From an uncultured Mycoplasmatota bacterium (GTDB lineage: Bacteria > Bacillota_I > Bacilli_A > RF39 > UBA660), in NCBI GenBank assembly GCA_900543825.1, contig UQSR01000005.1, positions 11,122 to 75,121 on the forward strand: DNA of 64,000 nucleotides, read 5' to 3'. A model generated the notes under the pieces. The model had not been told where the DNA came from and did not search any database. It saw only the letters and a list, made by a program, of their open reading frames with translations. This document shows, piece by piece, positions 19,606 through 28,917 of this stretch. A program made the translations under genes and the position numbers. The first letter of the stretch is position 1. The number at the start of each line of letters is the position of its first letter.

Positions 19606-19782
19606 TTAACCATTGGAACTATTAGAAGTAAAATAGTCTTCTTCTAAGTCTTCAGTTATTTTATCTATATTATTTTTTTTAGAGGATAATATTGCTAAAT
19701 ATGTACTTGTAAGTACAACGAATAGTATTAGTAATCCATATAAAACGCTAGTTATAGCAAATCCTTTATTATTTAATTTCAT
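19606..19782 (-). CDS. Unannotated 62-aa prepilin-like small protein (atypical: no Glu at +5)
   Basis: Not in the ORF track (below its size cutoff). ATG with a GGAGG RBS 7 nt upstream. MKLNNKGFAITSVLYGLLILFVVL is pilin-like, and its stop lies 12 nt before the next pilin's RBS. Confidence 0.4.
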   Translation of the reverse strand: MKLNNKGFAITSVLYGLLILFVVLTSTYLAILSSKKNNIDKITEDLEEDYFTSNSSNG

Positions 19783-19792
19783 TGGTACCTCC

Positions 19793-21064
19793 TTAGTAAG
19801 TGATTATTTTTTTATCTGTATTAACTAATTTATCTTTATCTGTTTCTTTTATTACAATTGTATCTGGATTTCCATCAGATATATATTTGGTACTTTTTAA
19901 CATATTAAATACCATGGCTATATCAAATTCTTTACCATTATTGTCATAGGCACGACATCTTTTTAGAAAGGTTTTATCGAAGTTTTTATCAAAGCATGAT
20001 ACTTCTGGTTCCCATCCTACTCTTAAAGCGGCTTCTGTAATATAATTTTTATCGTTGTAATTTGTTGATAATACGTATTTAAAATTGGCGTTATCTTTGC
20101 TATATGGACTACCAAATGGAAGTGCTATTATTTTTACATATTTATTAGGAATTGTTTTTTCTAATTCGTCATATACATAGGCTATTTCTTTTTGTACTCT
20201 TTCAGGAGTTGATTTTTTGATATCTAAGTGAGTTTGTGTATGGTTGCCAATGTCATAGCCATTTTCTACCATCCATTTTAATATTTTTTCGTTATATTCG
20301 CTCTGATTGAATATACCTCCATTAACAAAGAAGGTGGCGGTTACTGTAACATCTTTGTGATTTTTTTTGAATTCTTCAAGTATACCAACTGCACTGTCTT
20401 TGTCAATAATTATATTGCCATTATCATCTAAGCCTGTTACTTTTATATTATCTTCGTTTCCATCATCAAAAGTGATAATGATTGGGCTTTTACCATATGA
20501 TGCTGTTACTTTACCATTGATGTAGTCCTCTAAACGAATCATTTCATATCCATTCTCGTAATAGTATTCTAAATCTTTTCTGAATGCTTCAGGAGTTCTA
20601 TTGTAACCGTCTTTGTCAACGTTACCTCCTACTGTTCCTGTACTATTTGCGGTTTTTTCTCTAATACCATGATACATCATTATTGGTACTTTACCTAATT
20701 CGTTAATATTGTCACTAGCTAGTTTTTCTTTATCTAATTTTCCTAATGAGATTACTACATCTAATTTCATACCTTTATCTATTTTAGTATTTTCTTTTAT
20801 ACTTTGTGATATTACTTTATCTTTGGGAATATCATCACTATAGTCATATGTTATATTGGCTTCTAGTGAATACTTTGATACTAGTGTATTTACTTCGGTA
20901 ATATCGTTTAATTTTGGCATTAATTCTTCTTGATGCTTATTGTTTTTTTGTATTACTTTAAATACTACTATTAATGCTAATACTATTATTATAAATAGTA
21001 TCAATGCTATTTTACCTACATTGGAATTTTTTTTATGTCTACTCATATATATCCTCCTATTCAT
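19793..21064 (-). CDS. Polysaccharide deacetylase (NodB-homology domain) membrane-anchored protein
   Basis: N-terminal TM, TFDDGN and DIGNHTQTH NodB motifs. Confidence 0.8.
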   Translation of the reverse strand: MNRRIYMSRHKKNSNVGKIALILFIIIVLALIVVFKVIQKNNKHQEELMPKLNDITEVNTLVSKYSLEANITYDYSDDIPKDKVISQSIKENTKIDKGMKLDVVISLGKLDKEKLASDNINELGKVPIMMYHGIREKTANSTGTVGGNVDKDGYNRTPEAFRKDLEYYYENGYEMIRLEDYINGKVTASYGKSPIIITFDDGNEDNIKVTGLDDNGNIIIDKDSAVGILEEFKKNHKDVTVTATFFVNGGIFNQSEYNEKILKWMVENGYDIGNHTQTHLDIKKSTPERVQKEIAYVYDELEKTIPNKYVKIIALPFGSPYSKDNANFKYVLSTNYNDKNYITEAALRVGWEPEVSCFDKNFDKTFLKRCRAYDNNGKEFDIAMVFNMLKSTKYISDGNPDTIVIKETDKDKLVNTDKKIITY

Positions 21065-21141
21065 AAGTTAATTATAATATATTTTTGATGATTTTGGAAG
21101 ATATAATATAAAAATATAGTACAAATATGTATGTACTATAT

Positions 21142-22125
21142 TTAATTATTTCTTAAATAGTCTACTGCTTCATTAAAATTATCAACTTTAATTATATTTA
21201 ATTTATAGTTGTATTTTTCTTTTGTTTCTATGGCTTCTTTATAATTAGCGGATGGTACGAAAACGATATCCATTTTATCCTTGGCTGCACCCATTATTTT
21301 ATATTTTATACCATCTATTTCTCCTACTGAACCATCAGCGGAAATGGTACCTGTACCTGCTATATTTCTTCCTTTTATGATATCTTCATCGCTTATAGCA
21401 TTATATACTGTTAATGTTAGCATTAATCCACCTGAGGCTCCGGCTTCGCTACTTTTGAATTTTATATCTACTTTTGGATCAAGGTCATATTCATATTCTG
21501 TTATTATTATTACGCCTACTGCTTTAGTATTGTTTTCATTAGATATTTTACTTGTTACTTTCATTTCTTTATTATTTCTTAAAATGGTAAACTCTACAGT
21601 ATCATCTATATTTTTAGATGATATTATTTGTTTTATTTCTTTAATATCTTCGCATTCTATATTGTCTGCTTTTAAAATTATGTCACCAACTTTAAGTCCG
21701 TTTTCCTTAGTAGTGGCTATTACAATATTTGTTTTTTTCTTTATATCTATCTTTTTGTTGGCACTTGTATATGCTACCATAGTGGCTATATCTAAAGAAT
21801 TATCACGCATTATTTTGTTTCTTTCTTTTACTTCTTCTACTGTTTCGTTAGATATTCTTCTTGTAGATTCTTTTTCGATATCCCAATGTTTTAATTTGGC
21901 TACTATATATGTTCCAGGAGTTAATTCATATTCACTTACATATAGCATATTTAAACTACCATCTTTATTTTTATCATAGTTCTGCATTACTACCCTGTCG
22001 GTTATATTTATTGTTCCTCCAGGAGCCATGGCATAATATGGTAATTTTATATATAAGCATATTACTAGAATTAATAGTGTTATTAAAAATTTGTAATTTT
22101 CTTTTATAAAATTTTTTATTTTCAT
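21142..22125 (-). CDS. YlbL-like membrane-anchored PDZ + Lon-type (S16) protease-domain protein
   Basis: N-terminal TM, PDZ-like GLKVGDIILKADN, and a Lon C-terminal-domain SEAGASGGLMLTL segment. Confidence 0.65.
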   Translation of the reverse strand: MKIKNFIKENYKFLITLLILVICLYIKLPYYAMAPGGTINITDRVVMQNYDKNKDGSLNMLYVSEYELTPGTYIVAKLKHWDIEKESTRRISNETVEEVKERNKIMRDNSLDIATMVAYTSANKKIDIKKKTNIVIATTKENGLKVGDIILKADNIECEDIKEIKQIISSKNIDDTVEFTILRNNKEMKVTSKISNENNTKAVGVIIITEYEYDLDPKVDIKFKSSEAGASGGLMLTLTVYNAISDEDIIKGRNIAGTGTISADGSVGEIDGIKYKIMGAAKDKMDIVFVPSANYKEAIETKEKYNYKLNIIKVDNFNEAVDYLRNN

Positions 22126-22166
22126 TATATCACCCTTATTATTTTTTTCTATGTTATATCATATAA

Positions 22167-23102
22167 TTGATTATGAAAAAATATTCTAACCAAATTATAG
22201 TGATTGTTACTTTTATTATTTTAATACTTATTTTTTTTAATAAGTCACTTGTATCCGATACTATTATTTCTTCTTTTTATATTTGGTTTAATACTCTTGT
22301 ACCATCAATGTTTCCTATGTTTGTTACTTCTAATATATTAATTAGTTATAATTTTATTATGTATATACCAAAAGTCATTACTTCTTTCTTTAGTAAGTTA
22401 TTTAATATTAGTAAGGAAGCTGTACTGGTTCTATTTATTTCTTTAATAGCGGGATTTCCGAATAATGCAATGGCAATTAGATCTTCTTATGATATGAAAC
22501 TTATTTCTAAATTAGAAGCTGAACATCTTCTATTAATATGTCATTTTGCTAATCCTTTATTTGTATTAGAAACAATAGGTGTCTTTTATTTAAAGAATAA
22601 TATGTATGGAATTATTATTCTTGTTTCACATATATTATCTAATATAATAATTGGTATTATCTTTAGAAATAAGAATATTCCTACTAGTGATAATTATATA
22701 TCGAAAAAGACTAATTGTCAAAGTTTTGGTGCTTTATTTTCTCTTAGTATTAAAAAAAGTGTAAACACACTTTTTATGATATCTGGGATTGTTACTTCTT
22801 TTTTAATTGTTAGTACTTTGGTATGTCATATTTTTGCTTTGGATGATTATTTATCAGTACTTGTTAAGGCAGTCTTAGAAATGACTATGGGGTTATCTTC
22901 TTTATCGTTACTTAATATTAGTGACATTTATAAAGTTATAATTTCTTCGATGATTATTTCTTTTGGAGGACTGTCTATTCATATGCAGGTTATTAGTATT
23001 TTAGATGATAAAATTAGATATCGTAATTATTTTATTGGGAGATTATATCAAGTTTTTTTATCTATAATATTTTCGGCTATGTTTTTTAAGTTATTTGCTT
23101 AA
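22167..23102 (+). CDS. YlbJ-like sporulation integral membrane protein (nucleoside-recognition/Gate-type domains)
   Basis: Polytopic membrane protein of the size and topology of YlbJ, adjacent to the ylbL-like gene. Confidence 0.55.
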   Translation: MIMKKYSNQIIVIVTFIILILIFFNKSLVSDTIISSFYIWFNTLVPSMFPMFVTSNILISYNFIMYIPKVITSFFSKLFNISKEAVLVLFISLIAGFPNNAMAIRSSYDMKLISKLEAEHLLLICHFANPLFVLETIGVFYLKNNMYGIIILVSHILSNIIIGIIFRNKNIPTSDNYISKKTNCQSFGALFSLSIKKSVNTLFMISGIVTSFLIVSTLVCHIFALDDYLSVLVKAVLEMTMGLSSLSLLNISDIYKVIISSMIISFGGLSIHMQVISILDDKIRYRNYFIGRLYQVFLSIIFSAMFFKLFA

Positions 23103-24008
23103 TCTTTTTATCTTTTGTTTATATACTTCAGTATTGTCTTTAATATCATAGTTTAATTCATCACTAACATAGGAAAATATATCGGGTATAAGATTAATTG
23201 CTTTGGTAAATATATGATATCCTTCATTTATTTCGTTTATGGTATATGTTTTTTTTTGGTATGAATCTATTAGCCAATTGGTAAACACTTCATATAGAAA
23301 TAAGTTTATTTCTAGAAGAGGAGGAATTATTTTTTCTTTATTGGTATTATTTTGTTTACTTTGTAATACCAAATCCATATTATATAAAAATCTACCAATG
23401 GCGGTATAGGTTGTATATTCTTTTAGTTTTGTTACTAAATGATATAGATCTGCGGTAAAGTATAGATTTTGCATTTCTTTCTTTCCTATTACTTTTTCTA
23501 TAATAATGGATAATATTGCTTCATACTTATATCCAGATGTGGCTATACTGGCTCCGAAAAAGTGATTATTTAATGCTTCTGTATATCCTTCATTTAATGC
23601 ATAACTAATATTGGCTTTATTGGTTATTTGGTTGAAACCTATATGATATTCTTTATTATTGTGACTACTACTGGCCATATGTAATAATTCATGATTAAAG
23701 GTATTATATGGATTTAAATCGTTAGGTGGAAATATTTCTATAATGTTTTTGTCTGGTAAATAATGTCCTGCATCTTTATTTAGTTTAAGTTTAGTTAATA
23801 TATCATCTTTATATTTTATTGTCAGAGTTGATATGTTATTATAAAAGTTGGTTAATTCATTTTCTGTTAAATTCTTTTTTAGGACATTATAAAAGGAAGA
23901 TACAAAAGGACGATGGATGGGTTTTATATTATCAAATACTTCTATTTTTTGTGGACTGGTTGGGATGATTGCTTTGGCTATTTTAACTGTTTTTATCTCT
24001 TTATTCAT
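23091..24008 (-). CDS. Hypothetical protein with HExxH zinc-metallopeptidase-like motif
   Basis: HELLHM motif mid-protein; no other recognisable domain. Confidence 0.4.
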   Translation of the reverse strand: MNKEIKTVKIAKAIIPTSPQKIEVFDNIKPIHRPFVSSFYNVLKKNLTENELTNFYNNISTLTIKYKDDILTKLKLNKDAGHYLPDKNIIEIFPPNDLNPYNTFNHELLHMASSSHNNKEYHIGFNQITNKANISYALNEGYTEALNNHFFGASIATSGYKYEAILSIIIEKVIGKKEMQNLYFTADLYHLVTKLKEYTTYTAIGRFLYNMDLVLQSKQNNTNKEKIIPPLLEINLFLYEVFTNWLIDSYQKKTYTINEINEGYHIFTKAINLIPDIFSYVSDELNYDIKDNTEVYKQKIKRLSK

Positions 24009-24104
24009 ATATACTCTCTTTCTTGGTATATTTATTATATTATTATATTATTAAAAATGCAAGAGAAAAGACTTCAGAAATGAAGTCTTTGAATTGTTAA
24101 TATA

Positions 24105-24181
24105 TGGTGACCTGTATGGAATTCGAATCCATGAATGTTGCCTTGAGAGGGCAATGTGTTAAGCCACTTCACCAACAGGCC
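24105..24181 (-). tRNA. tRNA-Glu with anticodon CUC
   Basis: Minus-strand sequence GGCCTGTTGGTGAAGTGGCTTAACACATTGCCCTCTCAAGGCAACATTCATGGATTCGAATTCCATACAGGTCACCA. It forms a cloverleaf with a 7-bp acceptor stem, anticodon loop CT-CTC-AA, T-loop TTCGAAT and encoded CCA; highly similar to Bacillus tRNA-Glu except for C34. Confidence 0.8.
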
Positions 24182-24206
24182 ATAATGTCTTTTTTGAGAC
24201 ATTATT

Positions 24207-24235
24207 ATTTTAACATAGATAAAAACTTTTTTCAA
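24207..24235 (-). promoter_or_regulatory. Candidate promoter for tRNA-Glu
   Basis: Minus strand: TTGAAA, 17-nt spacer, TAAAAT, about 25 nt before the tRNA 5' end. A 9-bp hairpin (ATAATGTCT..AGACATTAT, 24184-24207) sits in the leader. Confidence 0.35.
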
Positions 24236-24349
24236 GTGTTTTTACATACTAATATTAGTTTTGAGATATTAGCTCAAAACTATTTTCTAATGACCTTAGG
24301 CATTAGAAAACGGCGAGCAATGAAATGTGAGACGAAAAGAAAAAGAAAA

Positions 24350-26311
24350 TTACTTTTCTTTTATTAGTTCAAGGAACTTATCTTCATCTATAATATTGAT
24401 TCCTAGTTCTTTTGCTTTATTATTTTTAGTACTTGTACTGGTAATGTCGTTATTTATTAAATAGTTAACTTTACTGGATATTGAGGTAACTACTTTGCCG
24501 CCATGTTCCTCAATGAATTCAATCATTGTATCTCTATTAGTGAATTTGTTTAGGCTACCGGTTATTACGAAGGTTAAGCCGTCTAGGTCTTTATTGCTAT
24601 TAGTGGATGCTTTTGGTATATCTATTTCTTCTTTCAATTCTTTTAGTTCCTCTATAAAGTCGGGATTGGAAAATGTGTCAATCCACTCTTTGGCAATAAC
24701 ATTTCCTACGCCGGGGATATTACTTAATTCTTCATATGTTAGATTACTTATTTTGTTAAAATCGTTGTTAAAGTGATTGCATATAAGTTTTGCTCTGGAA
24801 AAGCCTATATCAGGTATGCCTAATGCATATATAAAATTGGCTAATTTTACATGTCGTGACTTTTCTATAGAGTTTATCATATTATTGTAGGATTTTTCTC
24901 CGAAACCATCGAAAGCTATTATTTTATCTTTATATCTATCTAAATGGTATAGGTCTTTATAATTGTTTACTATTTTTTCGGTAATTAGTTTGTTTAGAAT
25001 CATATCGGAGATACCGTCAATGTTCATAGCGTTTCTACTTACAAAGAGACTTAAGCGTTTTATTAGTTTGGCTTTGCAGAAATCATTCATGCAGTATAAA
25101 TATTTTACATCGGAATTGGATATGATACTAGCTTTGCTGCCACATACAGGGCATCTATCTGGTATTTCTAAATTACCGCTTTGAGTGGAATTACTAGCTA
25201 TTTGAGGAATGATCATATTGGCTTTATAAACCATGATGGTATCCCCTATTCCTAATTTTAATCCTTCTAATATTGAAACGTTATGAACTGAGGCTCTGGA
25301 TACTATGGTTCCTTCTAGTTCTACTGGGTCGAATACTGCTACGGGATTGATAAGGCCGGTTCTTGATACGAGCCAATCTACTTTTCTTAATGTGGTGGCT
25401 ACTGTTTCATCTTTCCATTTGAATGCTAATGAGTGTTTAGGAAATTTGGCGGTAGTTCCAAGGCTATTACCATATGCTATGTCGTCATAAGTGATAACTA
25501 AACCATCGGATGGTATATCGTATTCTTTGACTTTTTCTTTGAACATAAGCACTTGTTCTTTGACTGTGTTTTTTGTTACTTTATAATGTTCTACTACTTC
25601 AAAGCCTTGGTTTTTTAGCCAATCGAAACATTCGCTTTTTAAATTGGATATATTAGTAGATGATTCGATTAGGGCAAAGATTATGCAATTAACGCATCTT
25701 TTAGCGGTAATACTACTATCAAGTTGTCTTACGGAACCGGAACATAGATTTCTTGGATTTTTGTATTGGCTGGAGCCATCTCCTAATTCTTCATTCATTC
25801 TGTTAAAATCGGAATATTTAATTATAGCTTCTCCTCTTAATACTAGTCTTCCTTTATATGGAATTGTAAGTGGAACGTTTTTGAATTGTTTGACATTTTC
25901 TGTTACTAGCTCTCCTATTATTCCTGTTCCTCTGGTAACACCACTGATAAGTTTGCCGTCTTCATAAGTAAGTACTATTGTTAGGCCGTCTAGTTTCCAT
26001 GATAATAGGCCTTCTTTGTCCCCTAGGAAGTTTTCTAATTCGCTTACTTTCTTGGTTTTAGCTAATGACAACATTGGACTAGGATGTTCTACTTGCTTTA
26101 AGGAACTGGATATTTCTGGTTCGACATTTATTGTTGGGCTGTTGGATAGTGTCATGTTGGTTTCTTTTTCTAATTCTACTAATTCATCATAAAGATGGTC
26201 GTATTCGTAGTCGGTCATCATGATTGTATTTTTTTGATAATATAATTCTGAGGCTTTATTTAGGATGTTTATTAGTTCTTTCATTCTTGTTATTTTATCT
26301 TCCATTTGCAT
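24350..26311 (-). CDS. ligA: NAD-dependent DNA ligase
   Basis: KxDG adenylation motif (SWKLDGL), four-Cys Zn finger (CPVCGS...CMNDFC), HhH and C-terminal BRCT; 653 aa. Confidence 0.9.
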   Translation of the reverse strand: MQMEDKITRMKELINILNKASELYYQKNTIMMTDYEYDHLYDELVELEKETNMTLSNSPTINVEPEISSSLKQVEHPSPMLSLAKTKKVSELENFLGDKEGLLSWKLDGLTIVLTYEDGKLISGVTRGTGIIGELVTENVKQFKNVPLTIPYKGRLVLRGEAIIKYSDFNRMNEELGDGSSQYKNPRNLCSGSVRQLDSSITAKRCVNCIIFALIESSTNISNLKSECFDWLKNQGFEVVEHYKVTKNTVKEQVLMFKEKVKEYDIPSDGLVITYDDIAYGNSLGTTAKFPKHSLAFKWKDETVATTLRKVDWLVSRTGLINPVAVFDPVELEGTIVSRASVHNVSILEGLKLGIGDTIMVYKANMIIPQIASNSTQSGNLEIPDRCPVCGSKASIISNSDVKYLYCMNDFCKAKLIKRLSLFVSRNAMNIDGISDMILNKLITEKIVNNYKDLYHLDRYKDKIIAFDGFGEKSYNNMINSIEKSRHVKLANFIYALGIPDIGFSRAKLICNHFNNDFNKISNLTYEELSNIPGVGNVIAKEWIDTFSNPDFIEELKELKEEIDIPKASTNSNKDLDGLTFVITGSLNKFTNRDTMIEFIEEHGGKVVTSISSKVNYLINNDITSTSTKNNKAKELGINIIDEDKFLELIKEK

Positions 26312-26428
26312 TCTCCTTTATGTATATTTATATTATAGCATAATTAAAAGAACTATAAAAGTTCTTATTTGATTTTTTTGTTATAAGATATTATAATTTG
26401 TCTTTGGCAATAATAATTGTTAGTCATA

Positions 26429-26920
26429 CTAAATGTTATCGATGTTTATTAATTCATAGTCTTTGGTGCCGAATTTTAAAGCTGCCGCTGCATCGATGAT
26501 GTGATTGCCATGTCTTGATTCTATACGTTCTATTAGGTGGTCTTTGCCTTTGTCACTACTGGATGCTACTCCTATGGATAATTGTTTTAGGGCTCCACCA
26601 AAGCCTCCCATTGGATGTACCTTGAAATGCGATAATACTAACATGGCTATCCGTTATATCTATTTGATAATATTTATCCCAGCCATGTTCTTGCATTAAT
26701 TTTTGATGTTTGTTGGTTGTATTTCTGGCTCCTTCGTATGCTGTATTGCATTCTACTACTACACCATCCACTTCTTCTATTATGTCTTTCATGAATTCTG
26801 GTTTTAGATAGTTTTGATTTCCTTCTTCTCCGGAATGTATTTTTACAGCGGTTGGTTTGGGTAATTCTATATTTAATTTCTTATATAATTTTACTAGTGT
26901 TTCGCTATATCTTTCTTTCT
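26429..26920 (-). pseudogene. DUF362-family gene remnant (N-terminally truncated, frameshifted)
   Basis: Two overlapping minus-strand ORFs (26556..26792 and 26429..26644) in different frames. Together they read KIHSGEEGNQNYLKPEFMKDIIEEV...NTAYEGARNTTNKHQ and ...GGALKQLSIGVASSSDKG, which is DUF362-like. The upstream frame is open back to a TAG at 26921 with no start codon. Confidence 0.45.
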
Positions 26921-26982
26921 ATTTATATATTATATTGTACCATAAAAATTAGATAATTGTTATAAAAAAAGAGGGGCTTTTG

Positions 26983-28641
26983 TTAAAGCTGCTCTATTTT
27001 TGTTATTCTTTCTTTTATTCTATCTTTACCTAGTAATCTCATTATTTCATATAAGTCTGGTGTCATACTTTTTGTTGTTAGTGCTACTCTTATTACTGTT
27101 GATATGTCTGCTACGCTTCCTTTATACTTATCTGGATTTTCTTTGTATTCTTTCATATTACTGCAATAGCCTAGTTCGTCTGTCATGTCTTTGATATTGT
27201 TAAACCATGCTTCTTTGTCGGTAATATTGAAATATTTTTGCATATATGTTCTTAGTATCTTAATGATTTCATTTTTATCGTCAATTTTTCCCCATTCATA
27301 TGAGGTTGGATTGTATAATTCGTCATACATATAGAATATTTGACTTTTTATATCACTATAGCAGGAATAGTCTTTTCTAGGCTTTTTCTGTTCTCTTTCT
27401 ATGTTTAGTACGTTTTTTGTGTAATCTTCATATTTTACTAGTAGATTATTAAATTCTTTATCATATTCTTTGCTCCAATTTACTAAATTAGTATATACTT
27501 CGTCCTTAGTCATTTTACTAATGTAATTTTTAGATATGTTATTTAATTTTTCTAAATCATATAAAGCTCCTGATGGAGACATTTTTTTGGGAGAAAAATT
27601 AAAATCTAAGAAATTTTTGTCTGGATTAGCGGCATGCCATTCTTCGTAATTGGAATTAATTATTGTCATCAATGATTCTATTACTGCAATTGTAGGATAT
27701 CCTTTTTCTTTATAATAACTCATACTTGCTTCTGGGTCTTTTCTTTTGCTTATTTTTCTTTTGATTTCACCATCTTGCTTTAATATCAGTGGGGTGTGAA
27801 TGTATTTAGGTGGTTTTAAGCCTAATGCTTTAAACATTTCTAGATGTTTAGTTACGCTTGGTAGCCATTCCTCTCCTCTTACTACATGCGTAGTGTGCAT
27901 TAGATGGTCATCTACTACATGAGCAAAATGATAAGTTGGAAGCATGGTATCGCTTTTCATAATTACATCATCTATGTCATTTTCACTTAAACTTAGTTTT
28001 CCTTTTGATAGGTCTTCAAAAATTATTTTATTGTTAAAATTGCCTTCTGATTTGAATCTAATGACATAGCTTTCGCCATTTTTTATTCTTGTAATTGCTT
28101 CCTCTATGCTAATACTTCTACATTTAGCAAATCTACCATAGTAACCTGTTCTCATTTTTTTTTCTTCTTGATTTTTTCTCAATTCTTCTAGTGTTTCTTT
28201 TTTACAAAAGCATGGATATGCTCTACCTATTTCAATTAATCTTTTTATGTAAGCGTGATATATTTCTATTCTTTCACTTTGAATATATGGTCCATAATTG
28301 CCTACTATTTTATCCTTATACTCATATTCATCGGGCATAAGATTATATTCTTTCAATGTTTTTATTATTAATTCAATGGCAGAATCTACTTCTCTTGTTT
28401 TGTCGGTGTCTTCATTTCTTAAATAAAATACTCCATTTGTATTTTTTGCAATAATATAATCTGTAAGTGCTTGATAAAATCCTCCTATATGCATAAATCC
28501 TGTTGGACTAGGAGCAAATCTTGTTACTTTCGCGCCTTCCTTTAAATTTCTTTCTGGATACATTTTTTCATAATCTTCTATTGTTTTGGTAACATCAGGA
28601 AATAATAATTCTGCTAAGTCCTTATTTGTCATTTTTTTCAC
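26983..28641 (-). CDS. gltX: Glutamate--tRNA ligase family protein (class I, long 552-aa form)
   Basis: RFAPSPTGFMHIGG (HIGH-type) and KISKRK (KMSKS-type) motifs, and RNEDTD. It is longer than typical bacterial GluRS, so substrate tRNA (Glu vs Gln, discriminating or not) cannot be told from sequence. Confidence 0.75.
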   Translation of the reverse strand: MKKMTNKDLAELLFPDVTKTIEDYEKMYPERNLKEGAKVTRFAPSPTGFMHIGGFYQALTDYIIAKNTNGVFYLRNEDTDKTREVDSAIELIIKTLKEYNLMPDEYEYKDKIVGNYGPYIQSERIEIYHAYIKRLIEIGRAYPCFCKKETLEELRKNQEEKKMRTGYYGRFAKCRSISIEEAITRIKNGESYVIRFKSEGNFNNKIIFEDLSKGKLSLSENDIDDVIMKSDTMLPTYHFAHVVDDHLMHTTHVVRGEEWLPSVTKHLEMFKALGLKPPKYIHTPLILKQDGEIKRKISKRKDPEASMSYYKEKGYPTIAVIESLMTIINSNYEEWHAANPDKNFLDFNFSPKKMSPSGALYDLEKLNNISKNYISKMTKDEVYTNLVNWSKEYDKEFNNLLVKYEDYTKNVLNIEREQKKPRKDYSCYSDIKSQIFYMYDELYNPTSYEWGKIDDKNEIIKILRTYMQKYFNITDKEAWFNNIKDMTDELGYCSNMKEYKENPDKYKGSVADISTVIRVALTTKSMTPDLYEIMRLLGKDRIKERITKIEQL

Positions 28642-28724
28642 CTCGTTTTTTATTTTATTAGGTATACACTATATTCATTATTATTATAGTTAAATATAAT
28701 ATATTGAAAGGAGAACAGATTAAC

Positions 28725-28871
28725 ATGTATGGTTGTGGATACCCTTCTTATGGATATAGCTATGGCGCTAATGGTTTTTGGATAATCATCGTCGTACTTA
28801 TAATATTCTTCATATTATTCTGGAACAATGGTTCTTGTGGCTGCGGCTGTGGTCAAAGATGTTGCAAATAA
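28725..28871 (+). CDS. Unannotated YjcZ-like tiny Cys/Gly/Tyr-rich transmembrane sporulation-type peptide (48 aa)
   Basis: AAAGGAGA RBS 9 nt before the ATG. Peptide MYGCGYPSYGYSYGANGFWIIIVVLIIFFILFWNNGSCGCGCGQRCCK, followed by a terminator. Confidence 0.55.
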   Translation: MYGCGYPSYGYSYGANGFWIIIVVLIIFFILFWNNGSCGCGCGQRCCK

Positions 28872-28887
28872 TAACTATATCAAAATA

Positions 28888-28916
28888 AAGCCCTTTTGAA
28901 GGGCTATTTTTATTTA
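28888..28916 (+). terminator. Bidirectional rho-independent terminator (small peptide gene on plus, tRNA-Gln on minus)
   Basis: AGCCCTT-TTG-AAGGGCT hairpin followed by TATTTTTATTT on plus; on the minus strand the same hairpin is followed by TTATTTTG directly after the tRNA 3' end. Confidence 0.65.
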
Positions 28917-28917
28917 G

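Noticed and set aside
21281-22109. Plus-strand ORFs 21281..21979 and 21909..22109
   Set aside because: Antisense to the ylbL-like gene; low-complexity Ser/Leu/Ile sequences.
24104-24367. 87-aa plus-strand ORF 24104..24367
   Set aside because: Overlaps the tRNA-Glu gene on the opposite strand and runs through the ligA terminator region; no RBS. The tRNA cloverleaf is the real feature.
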